A stretch of DNA of 64,000 nucleotides, taken from NCBI RefSeq assembly GCF_021869535.1, contig NW_026262668.1, forward strand, positions 55,366,001 to 55,430,000, read 5' to 3'. This document shows, one piece after another, positions 62,346 through 64,000 of this stretch. A program made the translations under genes and the position numbers. Below the pieces are notes generated by a model. That model was not told where the DNA came from. It saw nothing but the letters and a program-made list of their open reading frames with translations, and did no database searches. Origin of the DNA: Mytilus californianus. Lineage: Eukaryota. Each line of letters opens with the position of its first letter. Positions within the stretch are counted from its first letter, which is position 1.

Positions 62346-63863
62346 TAGTGGAGTAAAGACGACAGGTATCAATAGTGGAGTAAAGACGACAGGTATCAAT
62401 TGTGGAGTAAAGGCGACAGGTATCAATTGTGGAGTAAAGACGACAGGTATCAACAGTGGAGTAAAGACGACAGGTATTAATTGTGGAGTAAAGACGACAG
62501 GTATAAATAGAAGAGAAAAGACGACGGGTATCAATTGTGGAGTAAAGGCGACAGGTATCAATCGTGGAGTAAGACGACAGGTATCAATAGAAGAGTAAAG
62601 ACGACGGGTATCAATTGTGGAGTAAAGGCGACAGGTATCAATAGAAGAGTAAAGACGACGGGTATTAATTGTGGAGTAAAGACGACAGGTGTCAATAGTA
62701 GAGTAAAGACCACAGGTATCAATTGTGGAGTAAAGACGACAGGTATCATTCGTGGAGTAAAGATGACAGGTATCATTCGTGGAGTAGAGACGACAGATAT
62801 CAATAGTAGAGTAAAGACCACAGGTATCAATTGTGGAGTGAAAACCACAGGTATCAATCGTGGAGTAAAGACGACAGGTATCATTCGTGGAATAAAGATG
62901 ACAGGTATCAATAGTAGAGAAAAGACGACAGGTATCAATCGTGGAGAAAAGACGACAGGTATCAATAGTGGAGTAAAGACGATAGGTATCAATAGTGGAG
63001 TAATGACGACAGGTGTCAATAGTAGAGTAAAGACGACAAGTATCAATCGTGGAGTAAAGACGACAGGCATCAATTGTGGAGTAAAGGCGACAGGTATCAA
63101 TCGTTGAGTAAAGACGACGGGTGTCAGTTGTGGAGTAAAGGCGACAGGTATCAAAAGAAGAGTAAAGACGACGGGTATCAATTGTGGAGTAAAGGCGACA
63201 GGTATCAAAAGAAGAGTAAAGACGACGGGTATCAATTCTGGAGTAAAGGCGACAGGTTTCAATCGTGGAATAAGACGACAGGTATCAATTGTGGAGTAAA
63301 GACGACAGGTATCAATAGTGGAGTAAAGGCGACAGGTATCAATCGTGGAGTAAAGACGACAGGTATCAATTGTGGAGTAAAGACGACAGGTGTCAATAGT
63401 AGAGTAAAGACCACAGGTATCAATTGGGAGTAAAGACGACAGGTATCATTCGTGGAGTAAAGACGACAGGTGTCAATAGTAGAGTAAAGACGACAGGTAT
63501 CAATTGTGGAGTAAAGACGACAGGTATCATTCGTGGAATAAAGATGACAGGTATCAATAGTAGAGTAAAGACGACAGTTATCAATCGTGGAGTAAAGACG
63601 ACAGGTATCAATAGTGGAGTAAAGACGACAGGTATAAATCGTGGAGTAAAGACGTATCAATTGTGGAGTAAAGACGACACTGGGGTATCAATCAGGGATT
63701 AAAGACGACAGGTATCAATCGTGGAGTAAAGACGACAGGTATCAATCGTGGAGTAAAGACGACACTGGGGTATCAATCAGGGATTAAAGACGACAGGTAT
63801 CAATCGTGGAGTAAAGACGACAGGTATCAATCGTGGAGTAAAGACGACAGGTATCAATTGTGG
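62346..63863. repeat. 27-bp minisatellite (GGAGTAAAGACGACAGGTATCAATNGT), about 55 units
   Basis: Directly visible; it produces the spurious VKTTGINSG and IPVVFTPQL ORFs. Confidence 0.97.
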
Positions 63864-64000
63864 TTTTACTCCATATGGTAACGACGTTTACTCCATATGG
63901 AAACGACAGCTCCAGAATGTCGGTCTGTTTATTCATACTGTTTCAATGCAATACGTGAGAACTTTTTAAAGATTTATATTCAAGTAATCCACCTTTACTT

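Noticed and set aside
62326-63702. Repetitive VKTTGIN / IPVVFTP proteins
   Set aside because: Translations of a 27-bp minisatellite with frame-breaking unit variants.
62346-63863. CRISPR-like array
   Set aside because: Contiguous tandem units with no unique spacers, no cas genes, and a eukaryotic context.

Overview
Eukaryotic, AT-rich, repeat-dense genomic window, most likely from a bivalve mollusc (Mytilus-like; inferred from recalled dispersed-repeat families, not from a database search). Main content: (1) a decayed, internally deleted Polinton/Maverick (adintovirus-like) fragment at ~4.4-10.7 kb (integrase-chromodomain, PLA2X-like remnant, fibre-like ORF, adenain protease, pPolB; no capsid or ATPase genes seen); (2) a 5'-truncated L1/Tx1-clade LINE with an intact 1266-aa ORF2, poly-A tail and 17-bp TSD at 11.3-16.3 kb; (3) minus-strand Ig-domain exons and a pseudo-exon at 18-24.5 kb, with a 1631-bp non-autonomous element between them that has 54-bp TIRs starting with the exact RSS heptamer CACAGTG and a 5-bp TSD (Transib/RAG-like); (4) a tandem cluster of three iodothyronine-deiodinase-like selenoprotein genes (minus strand, 34-58 kb) that the ORF track splits at the in-frame UGA. 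Each has its own 3'-UTR SECIS; one copy is frameshifted, two share a non-coding first exon, and a deleted relic of a fourth copy is present; (5) many MITEs, LINE/Penelope fragments, and a 27-bp minisatellite at the right end. No rRNA, tRNA or CRISPR features were found.
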